Positions 13,354 to 25,369 of a DNA stretch of 64,000 nt are shown here, one piece after another. Position numbers and translations under genes: made by a program. Every line of letters starts with the position of its first letter. The stretch's first letter is position 1. The stretch lies in contig NC_086097.1 in assembly GCF_963921235.1 (NCBI RefSeq), positions 184,700,001 through 184,764,000 of the forward strand. The letters run 5' to 3'. This stretch comes from Mobula hypostoma (taxonomy: Eukaryota). The notes under the pieces are model-generated. The model made no database searches. It was not told the origin of the DNA and saw only the letters and a list, made by a program, of their open reading frames with translations.

Positions 13354-13772
13354 TTCAGTCTTAGACTGTCAACATCTTCATAACAATTGTTTAGTATCAT
13401 CAGTTTATCTAAGGAAGCAATCCACTTTGAACTTTCAAGATGAAATTAAATATGACAGAAGATAAAACTGGCTCAAGATTAGTCATAGATACTCATTAAA
13501 GAACCAGAAAAACTAATGTCTATTATAGACATAAGGAGACTCAGAAAGATCAGCTATTCAGTAAAAGGGTACAGAATGAAAAATACACTACCGCAAGTCA
13601 CAGCCTGCACTCTATAAACTAAGCATAATCCTGTAATACTCCGAATCTAGTGTGAAAGGAAGGAGCTGTACCTTCCAATCCAACAGCATGCCTTTGATTA
13701 GGAAGCTTAAGGTAAAGGATCTCGTTTTCTTTGCACTACTTATTTTAACATTAACTATTTAATAAACATCTA

Positions 13773-15395
13773 TAGTGGCATGCAAAAGTTTGGGCACCCC
13801 TGCTCAAAATTTCTGTTACTGTGAATAGCTAAACGAGTAAAAGATGACCTGATTTCCAAAAGGCATGAAGTTAAAGATGACACATTTCTTGAATATTTTA
13901 AGCAAGATTACTTTTTTATATCCATTTTTTACAGTTTCAAAAAAGGAAAAGGGCCTGAAGCAAAAGTTTGGGCACCCTGCATGGTCAGTACTTAGTAACA
14001 CCCCCTTTGGCAAGTATCACAGCTTGTAATCACTTTCTGTAGCCAGCTAAGAGTCTTTCAATTCTTGTTTGGGGGATTTTCGCCCATTCTTCCTTGCAAA
14101 GGGTTTCTAGTTCTGTGAGATTATTGGGCTGTCTTGCATGCACTGCTCTTTTGAGGTCTCTCCACAGATTTTTGATGATGTTTAGTTCGGGGGACTGTGA
14201 GGGCCATGGCAAAACCTTCAGCTTGCGCCTCTTGAGGTAGTCCATTGTGGATTTTGAGGTGTGTTTAGGATCATTATCCTGTTGTAGAAGCCATCCTCTT
14301 ATCATCTTCATCTTCTTTACAGACGGTGTGATGTTTGCTTCCAGATTTTGCTGGTATTTACAAAGTAATTGAATTCATTCTTACCTGTACCAGTGAAATG
14401 TTCCCTATGCCACTGGCTGCAATACAAGCCCAAAGCATGATCGATCCAGCCCTGTGCTTAACAGTTGGAGAGGGGTTCTTTTCATGAAATTTAGCACCTC
14501 TCTTTCTCCAAACATACCTTTGCCCATTGCGGCCAAAAAGTTCTATTTTAACTTCATCATTCGACAGGACTTGTTTCCAAAATGCATCAGGCCTGTTTAG
14601 ATGTTCCTTTGCAAACTTCTGACGCTGAATTTTGTGGTGAGGACGCAGGAAAGGTTTTCTTCTGATGACGCTTCCATGAAGGTCATATTTGTGCAGGTGT
14701 CACTGCACAGTAGAGCAGTGCACCACCACTCCAGAGTCTGCTAAATCTTCCTGAAGGTCTTTTGCAGTCAACCGGGGGTTTTGATTTGCCTTTCTAGCAA
14801 TCCTATGAGCAATTCTCTCGGAAAGTTTTCTTGATCTTCCAGACGTCAACTTGACCTCCACCGTTCCTGTTAACTGTCATTTCTTAATTACATTACAAAC
14901 TGAGGAAATGGCTACCTGAAAACGCGTTGCTATTTTCTTATAGCCTTCTCCTGCTTTGTGGGCATCATTTATTTTAATTTTCAGAGTGTTGGGCAGCTGC
15001 TTAGAGGAGCCCATGGCTGCTGATTCTTGGGACAAGGTTTGAGGAGTCAGGGTATTTATAAAGCTTTGAAATTAGCATCACCTGGCCTTTCCTAATGATA
15101 ACTATGAACAAGCCATAGCCCTAACAAGCTTATTGAGGTCTGAGACCTTGGTAAAAGTTATCTGAGATCTCAAATCTCTTGGGGTGCCCAAACTTTTGCA
15201 TGGTGCTCCTTTACTTTTTTTCCACTCTAAAACGGTACAAAACAAAAATAATACACTAATCTTGCTTAAAATGTTGAAAAGAATGTTTCATCTTTAACTT
15301 TATAACTTTTGGAGATTAGTTCATCTTCTAGTCACTTAACTATTCACAGTAACAGAAATTTTGACCAGGGGTGCCCAAACCTTTATATGCCTCTG
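13773..15395 (-). mobile_element. Full-length Tc1-family (IR/DR type) DNA transposon, 1623 bp
   Basis: TA at 13771-72 and 15396-97. Inverted repeats of ~210 bp, each with outer and inner gcaaaagtttgggcaccc repeats (inner at 13960-13977 and 15181-15200). Confidence 0.95.
13985..15014 (-). pseudogene. Tc1 DD34E transposase pseudogene
   Basis: Starts MGSSKQLPNTLKIKINDAHKAGEGYKKIA with an early stop (VIKK*). ORF 14030-14311 has QQDNDPKH and WPSQSPELNIIKNLW (catalytic E replaced by K). A 7-nt frameshifting insert lies at 14361-14367. Confidence 0.92.
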
Positions 15396-15399
15396 TACG

Positions 15400-15530
15400 T
15401 ACTTACTGCAAGTCAGTTTGTTTCCTCTACATTTATTTTTCATGTATTTCATTGTACTGCTGTCATAAAGTTAAAACATTTCATGACATATGCAGGTGAT
15501 ATTAAACCTGATTGTGATTCTGATTCTTAG
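15400..15530 (+). mobile_element. Rex1/Babar-like LINE 3' tail (probable host of the Tc1)
   Basis: catgacatatgcaggtgatattaaacctgattgtgattctgattc, the same tail as 36730-36775. Confidence 0.7.
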
Positions 15531-15644
15531 GAGGCAGTGATAATAATATGATAAAATTCATCTTGCCATTTGAGATGGAGATGACAAATTCAGATTACAG
15601 TTGAGTAAAGATAACTACAGAGGTAGGAGAGAGGAGCTGAATGA

Positions 15645-16175
15645 AGTTCAAAGTAAATTTATTATCAAAGTACGTATACGTCACCATTTAAAACCTTGAG
15701 GACTCAATAAAACCATCATAGAATAAAAATAATTTAGAGAGCATATCCTGGGAGGTGGGGGTCTCTGATGATGGATGCTACTTTCCTACGACAATGCCTT
15801 GTGTAGATGTGCTCAATGGTGAGGAAAGCTTCAGCCATGATGGACAGGGCCGTATCAACTACTTTTGTAGGATACTCCACTCAAGAGCATTTGTGTTCCC
15901 TTACCCGGCTGTAATGCAGCTAATCAATATATTCTCCACTACACATCTATAGAAGTTTGTCACAGTTTTAGATGTCATGTGAATCTTTGTAAACTCCTAA
16001 AGAAGTCGAGGCGCTGTTGTGTTTTCTTCACACATGGACAGAACAGAGCTTATGAAAGAAAGCACCAAGAAATTTAAAGTTCCTCTTGGCGTTATCCTTC
16101 CATAGCTCCTGTCCTGGTCCTTTCTACCTCTGATCCTCCTGAAGTCAATATTCAGCTGTTTGGTTTTGCTGACAA
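15645..16175 (-). mobile_element. Rex1/Babar-like LINE 3' fragment
   Basis: The reverse complement matches the C-terminal NFYRC..E.IL..CIT.W block seen in ORF 41871-42152. ORF 15997-16227 includes SKTKQLNIDFRR. Confidence 0.75.
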
Positions 16176-16354
16176 CTAAAGTTGATTGGAAGGGGACACT
16201 TGGGCAGGGATGACAGTTGAGCAACAATGGCTGATATTTCGGGGAGTAATTTGGAAATCACAGGATGAGTTCATTCTGTAGAAGAAGAAGCATTCTAAAG
16301 GGAGGATGATGCAACTGTGGCTGACCAGCAAAGTCAAAGAGAGCACACACGCAA

Positions 16355-16912
16355 GAACTAGGCCTCCATTGGTCAGGATCAGACATGGATGTAGTATTCT
16401 AGCAAGCCAGAGCAGTACAGTATGGAGATCAAGCTCCTCCACTCCATGCATCTGATGAGACAAAAGATACGGCAGAGACCGATACATTTTGGCAGCAGCT
16501 GCTTCGCAGGAGCTGCCAGACAACATTGAACTCAACATAGGACTGCCTTAGGAACATCAATTTTGATTTTTTCCCCCTCGGGGTTTATTCCCGAAGCCTT
16601 CTCCATGTGTGGGTACAGTGCAAGGCAGAAGAGTTTGAGATCAGAGTTTTCCTTCTGCTAGATGAGTTACCAACCAGGGCCAATGAGCCTCATAGGCCTG
16701 AAGTGACAGGTTTTAAGGCATCAGTAACCTGCCTTTGCCCCTTCTCCTGTCAGTAGAAACGGTTCCGCTGGGCTTGGTAGCTAAACCACATGTGAAGGTC
16801 AGGAGCTGGACTTGGTTGTCGGAGGCTATTTGAGGCCACGCCATTGGGAGCATTTAATAGGTAGTGGGAGCTTGTCCCTATTACCACCCCCAGATATAAC
16901 AACCTTAAGGAA
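16355..16912 (-). mobile_element. Non-autonomous RTE-related element (5'UTR-like body, no ORF)
   Basis: The minus strand has ggtaactcatctagcagaaggaaaactctgatctcaaac, resembling the conserved RTE 5'UTR block. It interrupts CR1 sequence. Confidence 0.6.
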
Positions 16913-17035
16913 TCAAAAAGCAAGGGAGTGCATACAATATAGCAAAAATTAGTGGGAAGCTAGAACATTGGGAAGCAATTAAAATGCAAATGAAGCAAGT
17001 AATAAAACAATAAGGAGAGAAAAGATGAAATATGT

Positions 17036-20000
17036 AAACAAAACACATAATATACTGGAGGAACTCAGCAGACAAGATCTACGGAAAAGAATAAACAGTT
17101 GTCATTTCTGGCCAGGACCCTTCATCAGTACTGGAAATGAAGGGAAGAAGTCAGAATAAGACGGTGGGGTGAGGGGGATGAGGGGGCAAGAAGTACAAGG
17201 TGGTAGGTAGTAGGTGAAACCAGGAGAGGGGGAGGGAGGGTGAAGGAAAAAGCTGGGAAGTTTATTGGTGGAAGAGAGAAAGGGTTGGAGAAGAGGGAAT
17301 CTGACAGACCATGGAAGAAAGGGAAGAGTACCAGAGGAGGTGGTGGCCAGGTAAGAAAGGAAGGTGTGAGAGGGAAAGATGAAGGAGAGGAGAAGCAACA
17401 TTTAATGGAAGTTTGAGTTATCAATGTTCATTCCATCAGGCTACCAAGACGGAATATAAGGTGTTGCTCCTCCAACCTGAGTGTGGCCTCATCTTGGCAG
17501 TACTGGAGTCCATGGATTGACATTTCAGAATGGGAATGGAAATTAAAATCGAACTGGGTAGTCTCCAGGAAGTCCCACTTATTGTGGCAGATGGAGCAAA
17601 GGTGCTTGATGATGCAGTCTCCCAATCTACGTTGGGTCTCACTAATAGGCAAGATGCCATACCTGACACAGTAGATGATGTCAACAGATCTTGCAGGCGT
17701 CTTGTTGTCTCACCTTTTTGGGGCACTGAATGATGGTGAGGGAAGAGGTGTAGCACTTGTTCTGCTTGCAAGGAAAAGTGCCAGGAAGGAGGAAACTGGA
17801 GAGGGACGACTGGACAAGGGAGTCATGTAGGGACCACTCCCTGAGGAAAATGGAAAGTGGGGGGGGTGGGGGGTACGTGAGAAAAATGTGCTTGGGGATG
17901 AGATCCTGTTGGAGATGGCAGAAGTTACAGAAAATGATCTGCTGGATGTGGAGTTTTGTGCAGTGGTAGGTGAGGACAAGAGGAACCCTATCCCTGGTGT
18001 GGCGGTGGGAGGATGGGATGAGAGCAGGTGTGCACAAAATGGAAAAGATGTGGGTGAGGGCAGTGTTGATAGTGGAGGAAGGGAAGCCCCTTTCTTTGAA
18101 GAAGGAGGACATCTCAGTATTTCTGGAATGAAAAGCCTCATCCTGAGAGCCAATGCAGCGGAGACGGAGGAACTGAGAAAATAGGATGCAGCCTCAGAAT
18201 AGAGGGGTGTCCTTTTAGAACAGAGATGGGGAGGAATTTCTTTAGCCAAAGAGTGGTGAATCTGTGAAATTTGTTGCCACAGGCAGCTGTGGAGACCAAG
18301 TCTTTATGTATATTTAAGGCAGATGTTGATAAGATTCTTGATTGGTCAGGGCACGAAGGGATACGGGGAGAAAGCAGGAGATTGAGGGTGAGAGGAAAAC
18401 GGATCAGCCATGATGGAATGACAGAGCAGACCCGATGGGCCAAATGGTCTAACTTTGCTCCTATATCTTATGGTCTTATGGAATTGCATTTTTAACGAGT
18501 GACAGAGTGGGAAGAGTTATAGTCAAACTCGACCCATTATTTCTGCTTCCTCCTGCATGACAGAAATCATGTCTGCATATCTCAACTCTGTTTTATCTCC
18601 CTTAGTTCAGTCCTTTCCTACCTACATCTATGACACTTCACACGCTCTCAATCATTTCAATGATTTTAACTTTCCTGGCCCCAACCGTCTCATTTCCACT
18701 ATGGATGTCCAGTCCCTGTACACATCTATCCCCCAACAGGAGGCTGATAAAGCTTTCAAATTGTTTCTGGAAAACAGACCCAAACAGTTCTCCTCCACCA
18801 ACACTCTCCTCTGTCTGGCTGAACTGGTTCTCACCCTCAACAATTTCTCCTTCGACTCCTCGCACTTCCTTCAAACCCAAGGTGTAGCCATTGGCACTCA
18901 TATGGGTCCCAGCTATGCCTGCCTTTTTATCAGCTATGTGGAACAGTCCATGTTGCAAACCTTCCCTCTTAATGCTCCCTAACTCTTTCTGTTCAACATT
19001 GACGACTGCATTGGTGCGGCTTCCTGCTGAGCTCGTCAATTTCATCATCTTTGCCTCAAACTTTCACCCTGCCCTCAAATTTACTTAGTCCATTTCTGAC
19101 ACCTCTCTTGCCCTTTCTCGATCTCTCTGTCTCCATCTCTGAAGACATTTTATCTACTGATATCTTTTATAAATACACTGAATCTCACAACTATCTGAAC
19201 TATACCTCTTCCCAACTTACCACTTATAAAAATGCCAAACCCTTTTCTCAGTTCCTCCATCTTGCCTTAACTGCTGTCAGGATGAGGCTTTTCATTCCAG
19301 AACGACTGAGATGTCCTGCTTCTTCAAAGAAAGAGGCTTCCTTTTCTCCACCATCAACACTGCCCTCACCTGCATCTCTTCCATTTCACGCCCATCTGCC
19401 CTCATTCTTCACCAGGGACAGGGCTCCTCTTGTCCTTACTTGCCACCACACAAGACTCTGCATCCAGCACAGAATTCTCCATAAATTCTGTCATCTCCAA
19501 TGGGATCACACCAAGCACATCTTTCCCTCACCCCCACTTTCTGCTTTCCACAGGAATCGATCCCTATGTGACTCCCTTGTCCACTCATCTCCGCAGTTCT
19601 CTTTCCTGGCAAGCAGAACAAGTACCACACCTGCACCTCCACGTCCACGTCCTTCCTCACTACCGTTCAGGGCCCCAAATGATACTTCACTTGCAAGTCT
19701 GTTGGAGTCATCTATTGTATCAGGTGTGGCCTCCTTATGTTAGTGAGATCCGACATAGATCGAGAGACCGCTTCGTTGAGCACCTTCGCTCTCTCTGCCA
19801 CAATAAGCAGGACTTCCCAGAGGTCTTCCCATTCCCATTCCAACATATCAGTCCATGGCCACCTCTACTACAAGGATGAGGCCACACTCAGGATGGGGAA
19901 ACAACATCTTATATTCCAGTTGGGTAGCCTCCAACTTGATAGCATGAACATTGATTTCTTGAACTTCCCGTAATTGCCCATCTCCTCTCCTTCACCTTTC

Positions 20001-20352
20001 CTTCTCACACCTTCTCTTCTTACCTGTCCATCACCACCCTCTTCCCTTTATTCCATGGTCTTCTGTCCTCTCCTATGAGAGCCATCCTTCTCCAACCCTT
20101 TCTTTTTCACCAATCAACTTCCCAGCTCTTTACTTCACCCCCTCCTTCCAGTTTCACCTACCTTGTACTTCTTCCTCCCCACTTCCCCCCACCTTCTTAC
20201 TCTGACTTCTCCCCCTCCTTTCCAGTCTTGCAAAGGGTCTCGGCCCAAAACATCTCCTGTACTCTTTTCCATAGATGCTGCCAGGCCTGCTGAGTTTCTC
20301 CAGTATTTTGTGTGTCTTGCTTTGGATTTCCATCATCTGTAGACTTTCTTGT
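17036..20352. mobile_element. PLE insertion with inverted arms (minus 17036-~18525, plus ~18530-20352)
   Basis: Plus arm: ORF 18557-18982 has RT motifs TMDVQSLYTSIP and QTQGVAIGTHMGPSYACLF. Minus arm: ORFs 17681-18112 and 17428-17652 give the thumb/linker and GIY-YIG C-terminus. Both arms end in decayed hammerhead termini. Confidence 0.9.
18184..18480 (+). mobile_element. CR1 3' end nested in the PLE minus arm
   Basis: Highly similar to 160-450, ends in atatcttatggtcttatgg, and the PLE sequence resumes at 18481. Confidence 0.88.
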
Positions 20353-20879
20353 GAACAGGGAAGTAAACTCGTCAATAACATCAAAGATATTATTTTTCAG
20401 ATGTATAATGAGTGAAGAGAGGCAAGAGTGAATATTGAATCTTTGGATATTGACGCCGGAGAGGTAGTAGTGACGGACAAAGAAATAGTGAACGAACTTA
20501 ATAAATCCTCTGCGTCAGTCTTCACTGTGGAAGATATAGTGATAAACCAGAAATTTGAGTGCTAAGGGGTAGGAATGTGTTTAGTTGCTATTAGTAAGAA
20601 AACATTGCTTGGGAATCTGAAAGGTCTGAAGGTAGATAAGTTATTTGGATGAGATGGACTGCACCCAGGTTGTGGAAGCTTTAGTAATGATCTTTCAAGA
20701 TTCTGGAATGGTTCCAGAGGTCTGGAAAATTGTAAATGTAACTCCACTCTTTAAGAAAGGAGGGTGACAGAAGAAATTATAGGCCAGTTAGCCTGATTTC
20801 AGTGGTTGGGAAGATGCTGTAGTCTATTATTAATGATGAGGTTTCAGGGTACTTGAGGCACAAGATAAAATATTTATTT

Positions 20880-21900
20880 ACAATGTATTATCCCAAATTC
20901 CATGCACAATGCCCTGACTGTATGCCGATTTGTCCCCACCTTTGATTTGCCCAACAACAGTGGTGTTGTCATCAAACTTAAGTATAGCATTGGAGCAGTA
21001 CTTCATCTCACATTCACAAGTATAAAGCAAAGGGCTAAACACACGTCCTTATGGTGCATCTGTGCTGATAGTGATTGTGAAGGAGATAGTGTTGCCAATC
21101 CAAAATGACTGGGACCTTCAAGTGAGGAAATCAAAGATGCAGTTGCACATGGAGGTTTTAAGACTTAGTAATTAGTTTAAATGGTATGATAGTGTTAAAT
21201 GTTGAGCTGTAGCCCTGTATTCAATGAAGAGCATTCTGATATCTACATCTTCATTGCCAAGATGTTTCAGAGCCAATGAAATGACATCTGCTGCTGACCT
21301 ATTGTGACAGTAGGCAAATTGGAGCAGATCCAAGTCACTACTCAGGCAGGAGTTGATATGCTTCATGACCAATCTCTCAAAGCACGTCATCACAGTGGAT
21401 GTAGGGGCTACTGGACAATAATCATTAAGGCATGTAACCACGTTCTTCTTGAGCACCAATATGGTTGATGCCTGCTTAAAGCAGGTGGGTACCTCAGATT
21501 GCCACAGTGCAAGATTGAATATGTCCATAAACCTCCAGCCAGTTGATTTATACAGGTCTTCAGTACTCGGTCAGGTACACTGACAGGCCCAGATGTTTTC
21601 AGTGGGGTCACCCTCTTGAAGAGTATTCGCATGGCAGCCTCAGAGATTGAGATCATAAAGCTGTTGGAGCCTGTGGGGGATTCTTGAAGTTTCCTCCATG
21701 TTCCGTCAGTTAACGTGAGCATAAACTTCATTGAGCTCATTTGGGAGAGAAATCTCATTGGCATTTCCGTTGCCTGGTTTCTTTGTAGGAAATGATGGCA
21801 TTCAAGCCCTGCCACAGCTGTCGAGCATCCCTTTGTGATTCAGCTTTAGTCTGGAATTGCCACTTTTACACGTGAGATGGTCTATTTTATCAGGGGCCAT
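20880..21900 (-). mobile_element. Rex1/Babar-like LINE RT fragment
   Basis: ORF 21172-21528 DIFNLAL..SEVPTCFK...CLNDYCPVAPTSTVMTCFERLV...QFAY matches non-LTR RT domains 0-2 of the Rex1 type. Confidence 0.85.
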
Positions 21901-23269
21901 ACTGTTGTATTATATTGCTTAGGTATAAGAGTAAGCTACAGTACATGAAGCTTTAGTTTATCTGCACTTCGGAGTACTGCATGCAGTTCTGGTTTTACCA
22001 TTATAGAAAAGATGTGAAAATTGTGGAGAGAAGAGTTTTACCAGGATGCTGGCCTAGGTGAATTAAAGGAAAGGTTGAACAAACTTAAGTAGTTCTCCTT
22101 GGAGCGTCAGAGACTGAGGGGCAGAAACATTTTCACAGTATAGCAATGTCAAAAATCAGATTACGTGGTTTTAATTTTAGAGGAGGGAAGTTTAAAATTG
22201 AGGGACTTTTTTTTATGCAGAGAGTGGTAGATGTCTGGAATAGGTTACCAGGGGTGGTGATAGAAGCAGACACTTATAAGGAACTTAAGAGACTTTTAGA
22301 TATGAATATGAAGGGAATGGAGGGATATGAATAGTTTACAGGAAGAGGATATTTTGTATAAATTGCCATCAAGATTGACGAAACATTATGGGCCAAACAG
22401 CCTGTCCTGTGCTGTACTGTTCTATGTTCTATGCATGTATAGGACTTATCCTGTCATTGCAACTTTGACAAATGATTAAAACAAGCGCTGTGAGATAGAT
22501 TTGTTTTTTTAATGATGAATGGATTTGGTCCAATTTATTAAATAAGCAACGTCTTGCTTTTCACTTCTTTTGTACAATTGTAACTTATATCAAAATACAT
22601 GTTAAACAATGGAACCTTTTACTGTCAACAGAGATAAGGGATTCTACAAAAAGCCCATGAGAGGAAAAGGCCCCTGACCACCCTGAGTGTGAAAAAAGTT
22701 AGAATTCTTGCAGCCATCCTCAGCTGAAAATGCTGATTAGTTAATCCATCTGTGTTTCCTCTTGTGAATCTCACTGTCACAGAGGCTAATCCAGCTTGTT
22801 TAATTCATTCCACATGACATCAAGGAACAGCTGAATATCTTGGATAAAGCAACAATAGTGGGGATTCAATAAGGGGCAATAGTTGTGAAGGTTTGGAATG
22901 GAGACCGAGTTGAACGTCCAGCCAGCCGTCCCAGCACAGTGCTAGCATTTTTTCAACAATATGGAAGAATACCCTACTCACAGAAAAGCCTTACTGGCTA
23001 ATTGCTAACCCATCAGTCTACCCACAAAAAACAAGCAGAAATTATTCAGCAATATCCAGCTCACTGATATTGATATCGAGCTTCACCAGGACCACACAAA
23101 TCCTGACTTCAGCGCAGCCTTAGCCAAAATCCGGATTCCAGTAGTACAATGAAAACAACTGTTTTTTGCATTGAGGCAGTGCTTGATTAAAAGTATGTCA
23201 ATAAGTTCTAGTAAAATTAGAATCAATGGGAAATTAAATAAAAGCATAGCATTTAATTTCAGATAGCTT

Positions 23270-23995
23270 GCAGAAATGGAATTGATCAGCTGATTGAATG
23301 GTGTCACAACAACAACCTTGCACTGAACATCAGCAGAATCAAGGAGTTGATTGTGGACTTCTGGAAGGGAAAGTCAGAATGACATGCACCAGTACTCATG
23401 GAGGGGCCACTGGTGGGAAAGGTGATCGTCTTCAACCTCTTGTCCAGGGACCAACCCAATGATACAATCACAAAGAAGGCACATCAGCAGCTCTACTTCA
23501 TTAGGAGCTTGAGAAGATTCAGTATGTCACGAAAGACTTTTACAAATTTCTATGGATGAACAGTGGAGAGCGTGCTGACTGTTTACATCACAGCCTGGTA
23601 TGGTACCTCCAATGCACAGGATCACAAGAGGCTACTGAGAAAGGGTTGTAGTCTCAGCCAGTTCCATCACCAGCACAACCCTCCTCACCATCGAGGACAT
23701 CTTTAAGACCCCGTGTCTCAAAAAGGCGACATACATTATTGGGGAACATTACCATCCAGGACAGGCCCTTTTCTTATCAGTGTTATCAGGGAGGAAGTCC
23801 AGTAGCCTCAAGACCCAAACTCAATGATTTAGGAACAGCTTCTTACCTCCATCATCAGATTTCTGAACAGTTCATGAACCCATTGACATGATCTCATTAT
23901 ACCTTCTTCTTTCATTATTTTAACTTCTTTCGTAACTCAAAGCAATTTTATGTCTTTGCACTCTATTGCTGCTGCAAAACAACAAATTTAACCTC
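23270..23995 (+). mobile_element. Rex1/Babar-like LINE 3' region
   Basis: Translates in pieces to NNLALNISRIKELIVDF...KKAHQQLYFIRSLRRFSMSRKTFTNFY...ITAWYG. Confidence 0.85.
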
Positions 23996-24216
23996 AGAAT
24001 ACTTGCATACAGAAAAATCAAATACATGGCAATGATCAGCTCCAATAAGAGAGTGTTTAGCCACCTACCCCCAATATTCAGTGACAGGACTATCACATGA
24101 TCATTTTGATAAGAACTCAGCTAGAACAGATATAAATACTATGAGTACGTCAATGTCTAGGTATACTTTAGCAGACAGCTGCTTCAAATAACCAAGTTCT
24201 ATTCCACTATCAATTA

Positions 24217-24702
24217 CCAGGGGTGATTCATAAGTTCGTGGCCTAAAGTAGAAGGAGTCAATTTTAGAAAACCTAGCACATTTATTTTTCCTACATTTAC
24301 ACACTTAGTCCAGTGGTTGTGGAGCATATGGATCCCTTCTTTGTAGAAGCCAGCGTCTTGGACATCCAGAAGGGGTCCACAGCAGGGGTGATTGATAAGT
24401 TTGTGGCCTAAGGTAGAAGGAGATGAGTTATTAACTTCAAACTTTATGCGTAATCACTCAAAGTGTTGAACTGCACATGCATGTAATGAGAGCTGTATAA
24501 TTCATCTCCTTCTACCTTAGGCCACAAACTTACCAATCACCCCTGCTGTGAACCACATCTACAAAGAAGGGATCCGTATGCTCCACGACCGCTGGACTAA
24601 GTGTGTACATGTAGGAGGGGACTATGTTGAAAAATAAGTGTGCTAGGTTTTCTAAAATTGACTCCTTCTACCTTAGGTCACGAACTTATCAATCACCCCT
24701 TG
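24217..24702. mobile_element. Palindromic mariner-derived MITE, 486 bp
   Basis: TA at 24215-16 and 24703-04. TIR c(c/a)aggggtgatt.ataagttcgtg. 24557-24637 encodes IYKEGIRMLHDRWTKCVHVGGDYVEK*, a mariner transposase C-terminus, mirrored at ~24281-24348. Confidence 0.9.
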
Positions 24703-24879
24703 TAGGCACAAGCCAGCAATGTAGGATACCTTGACTCTAACCTATTTATATGGAGCAATGGTATTTGTGGGTGGTCTAGTTGAGTTTCTAGCACAGTGAC
24801 AGGAGTAACGTCATTCAATTTCAGTGGTTAACACTTTCACTTAGTAATACTTAAGGGGCTCAACACAGAGCAAGATGTG

Positions 24880-25255
24880 TAGCAATTGTAGTTTGTACCT
24901 GCTACAAAATGAACTGAAATTACTCACCCAGACCATTGCAGTAGCACCTCTAACCCACAACTACTATCCTCTGGAAAACGAAGGGCTTCAGTTACCCAGT
25001 AATACTGCCATCTGCAGGTTCCATTCTATGTCAAACCTACCAGCCTTATCTGGAAAAATATTTTTGTTCCTCATCATCGTTGTGTTGAAATCCTGGTGCA
25101 ATCTCTCCAACAGCCCTCTGTGTGCACCATCACCAGAAGGACAGCAAAGATTCAATACTGCATCTCACTGCCAGATTCTCAGAGGTCATCAGTCATGAGG
25201 GAAGAAGAAACGCTGGCCTTGCCAGCAATGCACAGACCCTGAATCATAAAAAATA
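24880..25255 (+). mobile_element. Old CR1-group LINE 3' end
   Basis: aaatcctggtgcaatctctccaacagc (KSW.xLxNS) and the terminal gctggccttgccagcaatgcacagaccc...aaaaaa. Highly decayed. Confidence 0.55.
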
Positions 25256-25369
25256 CTTACATAGTATTGAGAACATGTTGCATAGCCATCCAGAAACTCC
25301 AAAATTGTCATGAAGTCATAACATGTATCTAAAGAAATTTTTAAGAACACTAATTTTGTCATTAATTGC

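Larger units (their letters stand above)
16175..22435 (+). mobile_element. Degenerate CR1 ORF2 broken by nested insertions (pieces 16175-16350, 16913-17035, 20355-20870, 21900-22435)
   Basis: The pieces are broadly colinear with the CR1 at 45555-47865. aattataggccagttagcctg (NYRPVSL) lies at ~20775, and ORF 22146-22334 has FFMQRVVDVWNRLP. The last piece may be a separate copy. Confidence 0.75.

Noticed and set aside
16445..16485. catCTGATGAgac... as another hammerhead
   Set aside because: There is no downstream GAAA with stem II and no closing stem I.
17102..17424. Pro/Ser/Leu/Phe-rich ORFs (also 42618-43005, 45120-45552, 55522-55986) as membrane or low-complexity proteins
   Set aside because: They are translations of the pyrimidine-rich PLE 3'UTR.
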